Source: a virus
Lineage: Duplodnaviria; Caudoviricetes
Reading direction: 5' to 3' (one strand)
Virus record (IMG/VR): IMGVR_UViG_3300027887_000038
Span: 1 to 31,125 of that record
Length of the DNA: 31,125 nt
Made by a program: the position numbers and the translations under genes. This document shows, in pieces, positions 1 through 9,438 of this stretch (position 1 is its first letter; each line of letters opens with the position of its first letter). The notes below the pieces were generated by a model. It searched no databases, was not told the DNA's origin, and saw only the letters and a list, made by a program, of their open reading frames with translations.

Positions 1-41
1 CCACCGTGAGAGAGAGCGCAACCTAAATATTTCCTGATGTT

Positions 42-488
42 ATGCCACCTCGCAAGAGTATAAACAAGAAGCGAATCGAGGGGAATCCTGGCAAGCGACA
101 TTTAGATGCCGTAAAGCCCCCACCTGGCGTCCCAGAGATCCCGAAATGGCTGAAAGGCGAGGCGGCCGATGAATGGGGGCGCATCGTGCCCATCCTTGAC
201 TCCATGGGAGTGCTTTCACGGCTGGATCGGGCTGTGATCGCTGATTATTGCACGGTCTGGGCTCAGTTGGTGCGGGTGGAAAGCGAGCTGGCGGACTCCG
301 AAGCCATCACAGAGACGCGCTCGAACAACGATCAGATGGTTAGACACCCGCTTTGGAGCGTGGCGAACCAGTTGCGGCAGCGGTTCGACCGGAAATGCGA
401 GCTGCTGGGCCTTGCTCCCGGTCCGCGCGGCCGGCTTGACGTGCCCGACAAGCCGCTCGAGGATGACGGACTGGGTATTTTGGACTGA
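42..488 (+). CDS. terS: Terminase small subunit, P27 family
   Basis: N-terminal GNPGKR motif, P..L...A..EW.R, and C-terminal HP.......LGL.P..R..L pattern typical of P27-family TerS; directly upstream of TerL. Confidence 0.92.
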   Translation: MPPRKSINKKRIEGNPGKRHLDAVKPPPGVPEIPKWLKGEAADEWGRIVPILDSMGVLSRLDRAVIADYCTVWAQLVRVESELADSEAITETRSNNDQMVRHPLWSVANQLRQRFDRKCELLGLAPGPRGRLDVPDKPLEDDGLGILD

Positions 489-491
489 AAT

Positions 492-2006
492 GTGTCCTTC
501 GATGTGGGGAAAGCTGATCGGGCAGTGCTATTTTTCGAGCGGTATCTGCGCCATACCAAGGGTCGATATGCCAATTCGCCATTCCTGCTCTATGACTGGC
601 AGAAAGAGCTGGTCCGCGAGATCTTCGGGCGCGTGAATGACGATGGGACGCGCCAATACCGTACGGTTTTTCTTGAAGTCCCAAGGAAGAACGGCAAATC
701 CGAGATGGCGGCGGGCATCGCGTTGAAACTGACGCTGGCCGATGGGGAGCCGAGCGCGGAGGTATACTCAGCCGCTTCAGACCGCGAGCAAGCGGCCATC
801 GTCTACGACGTTGCGGCGCAAATGGTTCGGAATCAGCCGAAATTCAGGGAGCGAGTGAGAATTACGGACAGCCGGCGCAATATCGCGGTCCCCACGACGG
901 CATCCCGTTACCGCGTGGTGTCTGCCGATGGCGGCCGGCAGCATGGCCTGAACCCCTCGGGCGTGATTTTCGATGAGGTTCACACCCAGCGGCGCCGCGG
1001 GCTCTGGGATGCGATGACGATGGGCTCCGATACCCGGAGTCAGCCCCTATGTTTTGCCATTACGACGGCCGGCGTGCCGGATGAGGCGCCGGTCTGGTGG
1101 GATCTCCACGAGTATGCGCGACAGGTCAGAGAAAACGTCTTCCAAGACTCCACGTTCCTGGCTATCCACTATGGTGCGGAACACGGCGATGATTTCGACA
1201 ACCCCGCTGTTTGGCGGAAGGCGAACCCGGCCCTGGGTACTTTTCTCGACGCTGAGAAGTTTGCCGCGAACTGGCAGCGGGCACGCCGCATCCCGTCCGA
1301 ATGGAACGAGTGGCTCAGATACCGACTGAACGTCCCGACACAACAGGCCGACCGTTGGCTGTCTCTCCAGGACTGGGATGCTTGCGGGGAGCGGATTGAC
1401 TGGGCGGCGCTCCGCGGCAAGGAGTGTGTCTGTGGAGTGGACCTGTCCAGCAGGTCGGATATCACGGCGCTCGTGCTGCTCTTCCGGTGCGAGGACGGCA
1501 TGGTGCGGGTGCGGCCGTTCTTCTGGTTGCCCGAGGAAAGGGTGCCCTCGCGTCTGCGCCCATGGGTTCAGTCGGGCCTGATAGAGACGACCCCGGGCGG
1601 AGCCGTGGACTATGCCTATATCCGTGCGCGAGTCGGCGAACTCCGCAAGGAATACGGGATTCAGACGCTTTTGTTTGATGAGTGGAACGCCTCGCAGATC
1701 GGCAGCGATCTGATGCAGGACGGGTTGAACGTGGCGACTCGTCGTTTCGGGCCGCGGTCCATGACCGGCCCGGCGAAGGAGCTGGAATCTCTCATCGGCA
1801 GCCGGCGCATCCGCCACGACGGAAACCCCGTGCTGCGCTGGATGGTCGATTGCGTCTCGATCAGGTCGGATGCCAGCGGGAATATCTGCCCCGTGAAGCC
1901 GGATCGTCTGAAGTCAGAGAAGCGGATTGACGGTATCGCCGCGCTGTGCATGGGCCTGGGGGCCCTGTCCCGGCCATCAGAGGAGCCAAGGGTGGTGTTC
2001 CTATGA
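492..2006 (+). CDS. terL: Terminase large subunit (Terminase_1 type ATPase/nuclease)
   Basis: Walker A VPRKNGKS, Walker B VIFDEVH, ITTAG coupling motif, nuclease motifs GVDLSSRSD and KRIDGIAA; GTG start. Confidence 0.97.
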   Translation: MSFDVGKADRAVLFFERYLRHTKGRYANSPFLLYDWQKELVREIFGRVNDDGTRQYRTVFLEVPRKNGKSEMAAGIALKLTLADGEPSAEVYSAASDREQAAIVYDVAAQMVRNQPKFRERVRITDSRRNIAVPTTASRYRVVSADGGRQHGLNPSGVIFDEVHTQRRRGLWDAMTMGSDTRSQPLCFAITTAGVPDEAPVWWDLHEYARQVRENVFQDSTFLAIHYGAEHGDDFDNPAVWRKANPALGTFLDAEKFAANWQRARRIPSEWNEWLRYRLNVPTQQADRWLSLQDWDACGERIDWAALRGKECVCGVDLSSRSDITALVLLFRCEDGMVRVRPFFWLPEERVPSRLRPWVQSGLIETTPGGAVDYAYIRARVGELRKEYGIQTLLFDEWNASQIGSDLMQDGLNVATRRFGPRSMTGPAKELESLIGSRRIRHDGNPVLRWMVDCVSIRSDASGNICPVKPDRLKSEKRIDGIAALCMGLGALSRPSEEPRVVFL

Positions 2007-3262
2007 GCCTCTTTAGCCGGTGGTTCGGGCGGGAAGAGACGGCCGCCAAGACGTACACCATCCTGGATTTGGCGCGGGATGTGGGCTGGGAGGAATATGG
2101 GATACAGCCGGGTGGCATCACTCCCAAGAGTTCGCTACAGGCCATCTGTGTTTATCGGTGCGTGAATCTCTTGAGTGGTTTGTTGGCTAGTTTCCCTCTG
2201 GATCTATTTCGGAAGACTCCAGCCGGGCGCCAGGCGGTCGGAAATCACCCGATAGACCGGCTGTTCAATGTCGAGTTTGCCCCTGAACTGGATGCCTTCA
2301 GTGGGCGTCAGGTGTTCTACAGCAATTGGCTACTCGGCGGTTTCGGCATTGCATTGAAGGCATACAGCGGAAACCGTGTGATCCGGCTCGATCCGGTCGA
2401 ATACTCCAAGGTCAGTTATAAGCGGAATGATGCTGGGGAGCTTGAATATACCATCGACAGCCAGCGCTACTCTCGGCGCGAGATATTCCATGTCAACCTG
2501 ATGAGTCTTGATGGTGTGACGGGCCTCTCGCCGATTGAGCAAGTGCGGTTGCGGATCGCGGGTCATGTCGGCGCCGAGAAACATCAAGCCACGCTCTACA
2601 AAAACAAGCCGCAGCCGGGCATGGTGATCGGCTACCAGAGCGCCATCAGTCAACAGACCATCGACCAATTGCAGGAACAGATCGGTAAGGGATTCACGGG
2701 CGCAAGCGCGGGCCGCCCGATGATTCTCGCTGGCCTCAACGGTTACCCGCAAGTGAACTTCCCGCAAGTGCCCCTGACGGATCTTCAATGGCTGGAGTCA
2801 CTCCAATACGGCGAGGAGCAGATCGCGCGGCTTTACGGGATTCCGCCCGTTGTCCTGGGAATCACGACGAAATCAACTTCGTGGGGGAGTGGGATTGAGC
2901 AGCAGAATATCGGTTTTTTGCAGTACACCCTGACGCCCCTCGTGGCCGCCCTGGAATGCGCCATCCGCCAGCAACTTTTGAGCGATGCCGACCGCCGTGA
3001 TGGCGTTTATGTGAAACATAACATGGCATCGATGTTGCGCGGCGATCTGAAGGCACAGGCCGAGGCGATCACGACCTATGTTCGTGGTGGGATTTACTCT
3101 CCGAACGAGGGGCGCGCGTTGCTCGACATGAACCCATACGACGGTGGGGACGAGCATTTCATGCAGAGTCAGATGTGGCCGGTGGAGCAGTTGGGCACTG
3201 CTCCGCAATCAGCGCCAGCGCCAGAGGCGGGAGGTAGCAACGATGCAGTGGCAACCGATTGA
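2003..3262 (+). CDS. Portal protein, HK97 family (419 aa)
   Basis: ATG at 2003 overlaps the terL stop (ATGA). Motifs VYRCVNLLS, DGVTGLSPI, IARLYGIPP, SWGSGIEQQNIGF, SPNEGRALLDMNP. The 1946 start in the ORF track lies inside terL. Confidence 0.95.
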   Translation: MSLFSRWFGREETAAKTYTILDLARDVGWEEYGIQPGGITPKSSLQAICVYRCVNLLSGLLASFPLDLFRKTPAGRQAVGNHPIDRLFNVEFAPELDAFSGRQVFYSNWLLGGFGIALKAYSGNRVIRLDPVEYSKVSYKRNDAGELEYTIDSQRYSRREIFHVNLMSLDGVTGLSPIEQVRLRIAGHVGAEKHQATLYKNKPQPGMVIGYQSAISQQTIDQLQEQIGKGFTGASAGRPMILAGLNGYPQVNFPQVPLTDLQWLESLQYGEEQIARLYGIPPVVLGITTKSTSWGSGIEQQNIGFLQYTLTPLVAALECAIRQQLLSDADRRDGVYVKHNMASMLRGDLKAQAEAITTYVRGGIYSPNEGRALLDMNPYDGGDEHFMQSQMWPVEQLGTAPQSAPAPEAGGSNDAVATD

Positions 3263-4022
3263 CGAGTTTCGGAAACAGCCCGACGCGGAAGCGGGTTTGC
3301 TCAAGACCTTGGATGTCGAGGTGAAGGCGGATGACGCCTCGCGCGAACTCACATTTAGGATTTCGACAGGAACCGCTGATCGGGTAAACGATACCATTGC
3401 AACGGCGGGCTGGGAGATCGCGGCATACCAGAAAAACCCGGTCATGCTCTGGGCTCACGACTACACTTCCCTGCCGGTCGCAAAGGCCACGCGCATTTGG
3501 GCCGATCCTAGCGCACTCCACGCTACGGCAGAGTTCACGCCGGCCGGGCTCGTGCGCTTCAATGACATCGTTTTTGATCTCTACAAGGGTGGCTGGCTGA
3601 ACGCCGTTTCGGTCGGCTTCCGTCCGCTCGAATGGGAGTTCACCAACGACAAAAACCGACCCGGGGGAATCGACTTCATCAAACAGGAGTTGCTGGAGTT
3701 TTCGGCGGTTCCTGTGCCCGCGAATCCTGACGCGCTGATCGAGGCGCGGGCTGCCGGGTTGGATCAAGGGGAGTTGAGGAAGTGGGCACTGGGCGTGCTG
3801 CGAGCCTTGCCGCGCCCGGCCACGATCCGAGAGTTTGAGGCGTTCTTACGGGATGTGGGGATGCCGCAAAAGGAAGCCAAGGAGATTGCTAGCCACGGCT
3901 TCAAGTGCCTTCAGCGGGAAGTTGAAGCGGAGCCTGCACCGACACCGCAGGAACCAGTCGAGGACGTTGTACTAGTGGCGCTGCAAAGCCACGCGGTGCG
4001 AGTCTCTCTCAATTTTCACTGA
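3243..4022 (+). CDS. Prohead maturation protease, HK97 family (259 aa)
   Basis: GGAGG upstream of ATG 3243; motifs NPVMLWAHD, AVSVGFRP, LLEFSAVPVPANPDA; lies between portal and capsid. Confidence 0.93.
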   Translation: MQWQPIDEFRKQPDAEAGLLKTLDVEVKADDASRELTFRISTGTADRVNDTIATAGWEIAAYQKNPVMLWAHDYTSLPVAKATRIWADPSALHATAEFTPAGLVRFNDIVFDLYKGGWLNAVSVGFRPLEWEFTNDKNRPGGIDFIKQELLEFSAVPVPANPDALIEARAAGLDQGELRKWALGVLRALPRPATIREFEAFLRDVGMPQKEAKEIASHGFKCLQREVEAEPAPTPQEPVEDVVLVALQSHAVRVSLNFH

Positions 4023-4028
4023 AAGGAT

Positions 4029-5180
4029 ATGCCGATGGACATGAATCAGGAACAGTTGCTCAAAGCGATCCATGATCTCCGCGAGAGCTACGACGCCAAC
4101 ATAATTCGTCTCGCCTCCGAACAGAAGGAGCGGGACGAAAAGATCAACCTCCGCATCGACGAAATCCAAGCGAAGTTCGCCAAGCCCGCCCTGCCGGCCA
4201 CCGAAGCCAAGCCCGCCGACGAATACCGCAAGGCATTCGAGGGATGGGTTCGTAATGGCGACGACAGCGTGGTCAAGGTGATGAGCGTTGGCACCAATGC
4301 CGACGGCGGGTTCACGGTCCCGGTGGAACTGGACCGCGCCATCGACCGCATTGCGATGGATTTCTCGCCGATGCGCCAGATCGCCAACGTCATCAGGATC
4401 AGCACCGAGAACTACCAGAAGCTCATCGGGCTCGGTGGCGCCACTGCCGGATGGGGCGCTGAGACGACGGCGCGTGCCAACACGGCCACGCCCGCTTTCG
4501 CTCAGGTCACGCCGAATGTTGGTGAGGCGTGGGCGACCTGCCACATCACCTCCAAGCTGTTGGAGGATTCCTTTGTCGATCTGGAGTCCTATCTCGCCCA
4601 AGAGATCGCAATGGGCTTTGCCGGTGCCGAGGGCACCGCGTTCGCCACCGCGAACGGCGTGGCCCGCCCCCGCGGCTTCCTCGACTATGCCAAGGCCACA
4701 TCGGCTGACAGCTCCCGCACGTTCGGCGAGTTGCAGTACGTTGCCACAGGCGTCGATGCCGACTGGCCCGCCGCCAGCAAGCCCGACAAGTTGTTCGACC
4801 TCATCGGGACTCTCAAGGCGGAGTATCGCCAGGGCGCGGTCTTCACCATGGCGAAGAGTGTGGTGTACGAGATCCGCAAAATGAAGGACACCACAAACAA
4901 CTACCTCTGGCAGCCTGCGCTCCAGGCCGGCCAGCCAGCGAACCTCTTAGGCTACCCGGTCTACGAATGGGAGGACATGCCGGCGAAGGCCAGCAACTCC
5001 TACTCGGTCGCCTTCGGCAACTTCAAGCGCGGCTACACCATCGTGGACCGCACCGGAATGTCCATGCTCCGTGACCCGTACACGGCCAAGCCGTATGTCG
5101 TGTTCTACGCGCGGCGCCGCGTGGGCTCCATGCTGACCGACAGCAACGCGATCAAGCTCATCAAGTTCTACACCAGCTGA
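4029..5180 (+). CDS. Major capsid protein, HK97 fold
   Basis: N-terminal coiled-coil delta domain, DGGFTVP, KDTTNNYLWQP, LLGYPV, FGNFKRGYTIVDR, RDPYTAKPYVVFYARRRVG; strongly biased codon usage. Confidence 0.97.
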   Translation: MPMDMNQEQLLKAIHDLRESYDANIIRLASEQKERDEKINLRIDEIQAKFAKPALPATEAKPADEYRKAFEGWVRNGDDSVVKVMSVGTNADGGFTVPVELDRAIDRIAMDFSPMRQIANVIRISTENYQKLIGLGGATAGWGAETTARANTATPAFAQVTPNVGEAWATCHITSKLLEDSFVDLESYLAQEIAMGFAGAEGTAFATANGVARPRGFLDYAKATSADSSRTFGELQYVATGVDADWPAASKPDKLFDLIGTLKAEYRQGAVFTMAKSVVYEIRKMKDTTNNYLWQPALQAGQPANLLGYPVYEWEDMPAKASNSYSVAFGNFKRGYTIVDRTGMSMLRDPYTAKPYVVFYARRRVGSMLTDSNAIKLIKFYTS

Positions 5181-5199
5181 AACGCGAGTTGCTCACCCT

Positions 5200-5231
5200 G
5201 GGGGCCGGTGCCTTGCTGGCCCCCGATTTTT
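5200..5231 (+). terminator. Probable intrinsic terminator/attenuator after the capsid gene
   Basis: GGGGGCCGGT-GCCTT-GCTGGCCCCC stem-loop (5200-5224) followed by GATTTTT, 20 nt after the capsid stop. Confidence 0.7.
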
Positions 5232-5241
5232 GAGGATCGCC

Positions 5242-5844
5242 ATGCAGAAGTATGCAGTTACCTCGGCACCCGCCGTCGAACCCGTCACCGCCGCGGAGTT
5301 GAAACTCCAGACGCATGTTGACCATTCGGCGGAAGACGCTCTGCTGGCGTCCTACATCATCACCGCGCGCACGTTGGTCGAGCAATGGACCGGACGCGCG
5401 TTGATCACGCAGACGCGGAAGGTGTTGTATCAGGTCTATGCGACGGAGTACCTTCTGCCGGGTGCGCCGGCGCAATCCGTTACAAGCCTAAAGGTGGCGA
5501 ACACGGCAGGCGTGCAGACCTTAGTAGCGGCGGGAAATTACATCCTCGATACCGTCTTTGGCCGTCTGCTGATCCGACCCGATGGGACTCTGCCAGCCAT
5601 CGATCTTCAGTATGTCGATGCCGTGGAAATCATCTACGTCTGCGGTTACGGTGCCTCATCGGCATCGGTTCCTGAACCCTTGCGGCAAGCCATCATGATG
5701 CTCGCCGCCCATTTTTACGCCAATCGGGAAGCCGTATCGGTGGGTAACACATCGGCAATTGCATCGGCCCCGGTGGCATATGGCGTGGATTCGCTCATTG
5801 AGCCCTACCGTCTATTTTTCTTCCCTACCGTCTATTTTTCTTGA
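5242..5844 (+). CDS. Head-tail connector/adaptor (phiE125 gp8 / gp6-like, 200 aa)
   Basis: PAVEPVTAAELK, EQWTGRALITQT, GYGAS...VPEPLRQAIMMLAAHFYANRE; GAGGA upstream of ATG 5242. Confidence 0.9.
   Translation: MQKYAVTSAPAVEPVTAAELKLQTHVDHSAEDALLASYIITARTLVEQWTGRALITQTRKVLYQVYATEYLLPGAPAQSVTSLKVANTAGVQTLVAAGNYILDTVFGRLLIRPDGTLPAIDLQYVDAVEIIYVCGYGASSASVPEPLRQAIMMLAAHFYANREAVSVGNTSAIASAPVAYGVDSLIEPYRLFFFPTVYFS
5803..5842 (+). repeat. Perfect 20-bp tandem duplication CCCTACCGTCTATTTTTCTT x2
   Basis: 5803-5822 is identical to 5823-5842, at the 3' end of the connector gene. Confidence 0.95.
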
Positions 5845-5851
5845 GGTGAGC

Positions 5852-7078
5852 ATGGATTGGAATGAACAAACTCTCGCGGAACGATTGCGCGGGAAGTCTA
5901 TTTTCTTCGCTACACCCGCCTTTGGGGCGCAAGTGTACCTCAACTACCACATTTCGATGTTGCAGACTTTGACGCTGCTAGCGGAACTGCACGTCGGATA
6001 TCAACATGCCCCGACCGGGGGTGACTCGCTGGTGCATCGGGCACGCAACGTGCTAGTGGGCAAGTTCCTCGAGTCGGATTGCACCCATATGATGTGCATC
6101 GACGCGGATATCGGCTGGCAATCACATGACGTAGTGAAACTACTGGCCGGCTGCAAAGACATCGTAGGTGGGATCTATCCCAAGAAGTGTTACCCACTCG
6201 CGTGGCCGGCCAACTTCTTCGTGAAGGACGAAGAATTGAAGGTAGACCCTGATACCCACTGGCTTGCGGCGAAGGATTTGCCCACCGGGTTCTTGCTTGT
6301 GAGCCGCCACGCGATCAAGTCGATGATCGAGAAGCACCCGGAGTGGAAATGCACGTTCGACCCGGAGCACGCCTCGGAGCCCAACTCCTACAGCATCTTT
6401 GACTGCTACACGGATGACGATGGGGTCTATCTGTCAGAGGATTTCGCATTCTGCCGGCGCGCGCAGGCCGAAGGGTTCATGACCTGGGCAGACCCGACCA
6501 TCGTGCTGACTCATTTCGGCGGGCATATGTTTGGCGGTTCCTGCATCGCGGACTGGATTCTGCCGCAAGCGGAGACGGAGATCGAAGGCTGGATGGCTGG
6601 CGACGAGCTGCGCTGGCTCAAGACCGCGGCCGCGCGCATGGATTCGGCCTGTGAGATCGGCTCGTGGAAGGGGCGCAGCACGCATGCCCTGCTGTCGAAG
6701 ATCACCGGGCCGGTCTATGCCGTCGATCACTGGCAGGGTTCGCCGGACGACTTAGAAGGGGCGCACTGCGAGGCGGCCGCCGGCGGGGACATCTTCGGCG
6801 AGTTCATGAAGAACGTCGGCGAGTTCCCTAATCTCGTGGTCGTCAAGGGCGACAGCGGGGAGGTGGCCGAGAAAATCCCGCAAGTGGATATGGTGTTCAT
6901 CGATGGCTCGCACCGCTACGAGGATGTAAAACGAGACATCGAACTATATCGACCGAAGGCCAAGTCTCTCATCTGCGGGCATGACTTCCAGATGCCCGGA
7001 GTGAAACGTGCGGTCAAGGAGATATTCGGCCCTCGCGCGCAGGGAGCGGCGGGGAGCATCTGGCAAGTGTGGCTATGA
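5852..7078 (+). CDS. Glycosyltransferase (GT-A fold) fused to a class I SAM-dependent methyltransferase (Methyltransf_24-like), 408 aa
   Basis: N half: FATPAFG, SLVHRARN, DxD motif in CIDADI, TGFLLVSR, YLSEDFAFC. C half: EIGSWKGRST, YAVDHW, VFIDGSHRYEDVKRDI, ICGHDF. GAGGTGA upstream of ATG 5852. Confidence 0.85.
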   Translation: MDWNEQTLAERLRGKSIFFATPAFGAQVYLNYHISMLQTLTLLAELHVGYQHAPTGGDSLVHRARNVLVGKFLESDCTHMMCIDADIGWQSHDVVKLLAGCKDIVGGIYPKKCYPLAWPANFFVKDEELKVDPDTHWLAAKDLPTGFLLVSRHAIKSMIEKHPEWKCTFDPEHASEPNSYSIFDCYTDDDGVYLSEDFAFCRRAQAEGFMTWADPTIVLTHFGGHMFGGSCIADWILPQAETEIEGWMAGDELRWLKTAAARMDSACEIGSWKGRSTHALLSKITGPVYAVDHWQGSPDDLEGAHCEAAAGGDIFGEFMKNVGEFPNLVVVKGDSGEVAEKIPQVDMVFIDGSHRYEDVKRDIELYRPKAKSLICGHDFQMPGVKRAVKEIFGPRAQGAAGSIWQVWL

Positions 7079-7404
7079 AGGCAGGACTCTTTCATCATCG
7101 CGTCACGGTCCAGGCGCCCACCGACGCCAAAGGGACGACGGGCGCTCTGTCTACGACCTGGGCCGACCTCGCCTCCCGGTGGGCTGACGTATTGCCCACT
7201 AAATCGCGGGAATACGAGCGGCTCAAGTTGCGGTTCGCGGAGATGGAAGCGGCTTACCGCATCCGAGGCTATTTGGCGGTGACCCTGAAACATCGTCTCG
7301 TGCATGACACACAGACGTTGGAAATCATCGGCGTCGACACGGAGGGCAACCGACTCCCGGCGAACGCCGAATGGATAACGCTCGTGTGCCGGGGGCGGCG
7401 CTGA
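7075..7404 (+). CDS. Head closure / head-tail joining protein (SPP1 gp16-like)
   Basis: MKAGLFHHRVTVQAP...W.DLASRWADV pattern; ATGA overlap with the preceding stop; 109 aa. Confidence 0.85.
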   Translation: MKAGLFHHRVTVQAPTDAKGTTGALSTTWADLASRWADVLPTKSREYERLKLRFAEMEAAYRIRGYLAVTLKHRLVHDTQTLEIIGVDTEGNRLPANAEWITLVCRGRR

Positions 7405-7955
7405 TGGCGGTTCTTCTGGTGGGCGTGGCGGATCTACGGAAGGGGCTGGCCGACCTCACTGCCGACCTCGCGGGAGATGAAGCGGGGCAGGCTTTCGCCG
7501 GCGCGGCGGTCAACCTGGCGAAGCGAGTTCGGATGTTGGCACCGAAAGGCGAACATCCGAACTACACGGACGCCTATGGCCCGAAGCCCCCGGGGCGGCT
7601 GCGGAGCGCGGTCATTGGCAGGGTTTTCAAAGCATCGTCAAGGAAGCGATTCGGGCCGGGCGCCTACGCCATGGTGAAACTCGGTCGTAGGTTCTCAGTG
7701 AAAGCGCCCTATGCGCTGATCGTTGAGAGCGGTCGCAAGGCCCTAAGCATCATCGGCCAGGGTAAGACGAAGCGCGCGAAGGTCTTCCATTTCAGGGACG
7801 CGGTGAACTACCAATGGTTCACAAAGAAGGTGCGCGGATTCACCGGGAGAAACTTCTTCCGGCGCGCAATTGACCAGGCGGGCGATCAGGAGTTGACCGG
7901 CGCGCGGGATCGGCTGGCGAAGTATATGGACAAAAAGGCGGCGCGTAAACCGTGA
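7404..7955 (+). CDS. Tail completion/neck protein (HK97 gp10-like)
   Basis: Position after head closure; G...L...L start, LAP...GRLRSA, APYALIVESG, NFFRRAID; basic; TGATG coupling. Confidence 0.75.
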   Translation: MAVLLVGVADLRKGLADLTADLAGDEAGQAFAGAAVNLAKRVRMLAPKGEHPNYTDAYGPKPPGRLRSAVIGRVFKASSRKRFGPGAYAMVKLGRRFSVKAPYALIVESGRKALSIIGQGKTKRAKVFHFRDAVNYQWFTKKVRGFTGRNFFRRAIDQAGDQELTGARDRLAKYMDKKAARKP

Positions 7956-8353
7956 CTCTCTCCGAGGCACTCTTCGCAAAAGTCGCGGCAATCACCGACC
8001 TCGTAACCATTGCGGGAACCTCCATCTATGCGGTGGAGGGGCCGAGGCAGACGACGACGTATGAGGATGCCGTGGTGATCTCTTTTGAGGGTGCCGAGAT
8101 TCAATCATTCAACGGAGACAAAAACGACCGCACGGCTGATTTTTCTCTGATCTGCATCTCAAAGACGCACCTCCGTGCGGTCCAGATGGCAGAGGCGATT
8201 GTCCGCGCCATGCATGGCCTCAACGGGACCATGGGCGGATCGGGGGGCGTGAAGGTCATAGATTGCACGGCTCGTGAAGGGCCTGAGGACTATGACCTCG
8301 AGAGTGATCTCTTTGCTCGCACGGTATTGCTAACGCTTACCTACGAATTTTGA
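7952..8353 (+). CDS. Tail terminator (DUF3168-like)
   Basis: 133 aa acidic protein immediately before the tail tube gene; GTGA overlap; A..MAEAIVRAMHG pattern. Confidence 0.75.
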   Translation: MTLSEALFAKVAAITDLVTIAGTSIYAVEGPRQTTTYEDAVVISFEGAEIQSFNGDKNDRTADFSLICISKTHLRAVQMAEAIVRAMHGLNGTMGGSGGVKVIDCTAREGPEDYDLESDLFARTVLLTLTYEF

Positions 8354-8376
8354 TGAAACGCGGGAGGTAACAACCG

Positions 8377-8784
8377 ATGGCTGTCAAATCTCAAGGAACT
8401 GTTCTCGCCGTCAAAAACGGCACTACATTTTCAAACATCGCCGGCATCCAGGGTATCAGTATGTCCGGTGGTGAGGCGGAAAACATCGACACCACGTCGC
8501 TTGCCGACGCGAACCCGTCCTCGGTCCGAGGCATGGAGACGCCGCTGCAACTGTCGTGCGAGATCCACTATGATCCCGACGACGCTTCGCACATCATTCT
8601 CGATGCGCTCAAGAGCAACGCGGCCAGCGTCAATTACAAGATGCTCACGGCCGCGACGACGAACAACACCAAGTACTTCACGGGCCAGGTGCTCTCCTTC
8701 CCGCAGGTCCCGTCTGCGGAACGCAACGGTGTCCTGAAGAAGACCCTCGCCTTGACCGTCAACAACATCAGATCATCGGAGTAA
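8377..8784 (+). CDS. Major tail tube protein (siphovirus)
   Basis: Strong GGGAGG RBS; SQGTVL, ENIDTTSL, YFTGQV motifs of lambda gpV/TP901-like tubes; no sheath gene present. Confidence 0.85.
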   Translation: MAVKSQGTVLAVKNGTTFSNIAGIQGISMSGGEAENIDTTSLADANPSSVRGMETPLQLSCEIHYDPDDASHIILDALKSNAASVNYKMLTAATTNNTKYFTGQVLSFPQVPSAERNGVLKKTLALTVNNIRSSE

Positions 8785-8787
8785 TTC

Positions 8788-9168
8788 ATGATTGATCCCG
8801 GCCAGGCCGCCATTATGGTGCGCCTATTCGGCGAAGACCTCCCGCTGAAACTCACCCGCCGCGGTCTCCGAAGAGCGGAGTACGAATCCCGTACCCCGCT
8901 CTTCGGAGCGCCTGGGAGCGATCAGTTCTGGAGGCAATTGCAGATTCAACCCACGCCGTTCCATTTCGTCGTGCTGATGTTTGCGGCGCTCGTGCATCTA
9001 CATCGGTTCACATTTGATGAAGTGGATGAGGCGATGGTCGAGGAGGACATGGAGAAGTATATCTCCGCCTTGCTCCGGTGCATCCAGCGGGACTTCCCGA
9101 CTCCTGATCCCAAACCGGAGGAAGCGGAAGAGGCGGTCCCTTTCCCGATGGCTGGGATTACTGGCTAG
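8788..9168 (+). CDS. Tail assembly chaperone (gpG-like)
   Basis: Between tube and tape measure; acidic C-terminus containing a slippery heptamer. Confidence 0.8.
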   Translation: MIDPGQAAIMVRLFGEDLPLKLTRRGLRRAEYESRTPLFGAPGSDQFWRQLQIQPTPFHFVVLMFAALVHLHRFTFDEVDEAMVEEDMEKYISALLRCIQRDFPTPDPKPEEAEEAVPFPMAGITG

Positions 9169-9437
9169 AAACATGGTCCCTCGCGCGGTATGACCTCGGG
9201 CTCGGTGAGGAGGAGTCATGGGATATGACGCCCCGCGCGTTCGATGCAATCTGCCGGCGCTGGGAGGACCGAAGGGACTGGGAGGCAGTCTTGGCAGCGA
9301 TGGCTCCTCATGCGATCTCTAGCGCCCTCGGCGGTGATGCAGGACTCGAGGAGTTTGTGTTGACACGAGCGAGGGGCGCGCGGCGCCGGAAAGAAGAGGC
9401 TCGGTTGGCGGCGGCATTCGATTTGAGGCTGGATTGA
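9138..9437 (+). CDS. -1 frameshift extension of the tail assembly chaperone (gpGT-like; full product 8788-9437, about 216 aa)
   Basis: C CCT TTC at 9138-9144 is in the correct phase; the -1 frame reads FPDGWDYWLETWSLARYDLGLGEEESWDMTPRAF...RLD* and ends just before the tape measure ATG. Confidence 0.82.
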   Translation, partial: PFPDGWDYWLETWSLARYDLGLGEEESWDMTPRAFDAICRRWEDRRDWEAVLAAMAPHAISSALGGDAGLEEFVLTRARGARRRKEEARLAAAFDLRLD

Positions 9438-9438
9438 T

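Noticed and set aside
1-41. Possible cos/packaging site upstream of terS
   Set aside because: Plausible for this terminase type, but only 41 nt are visible and no site can be defined.
1946-7955. Longer upstream starts in the ORF track (1946, 3144, 5230, 5759, 7069, 7371)
   Set aside because: Most overlap upstream genes; the downstream starts have an RBS or stop-start coupling and match family N-termini.
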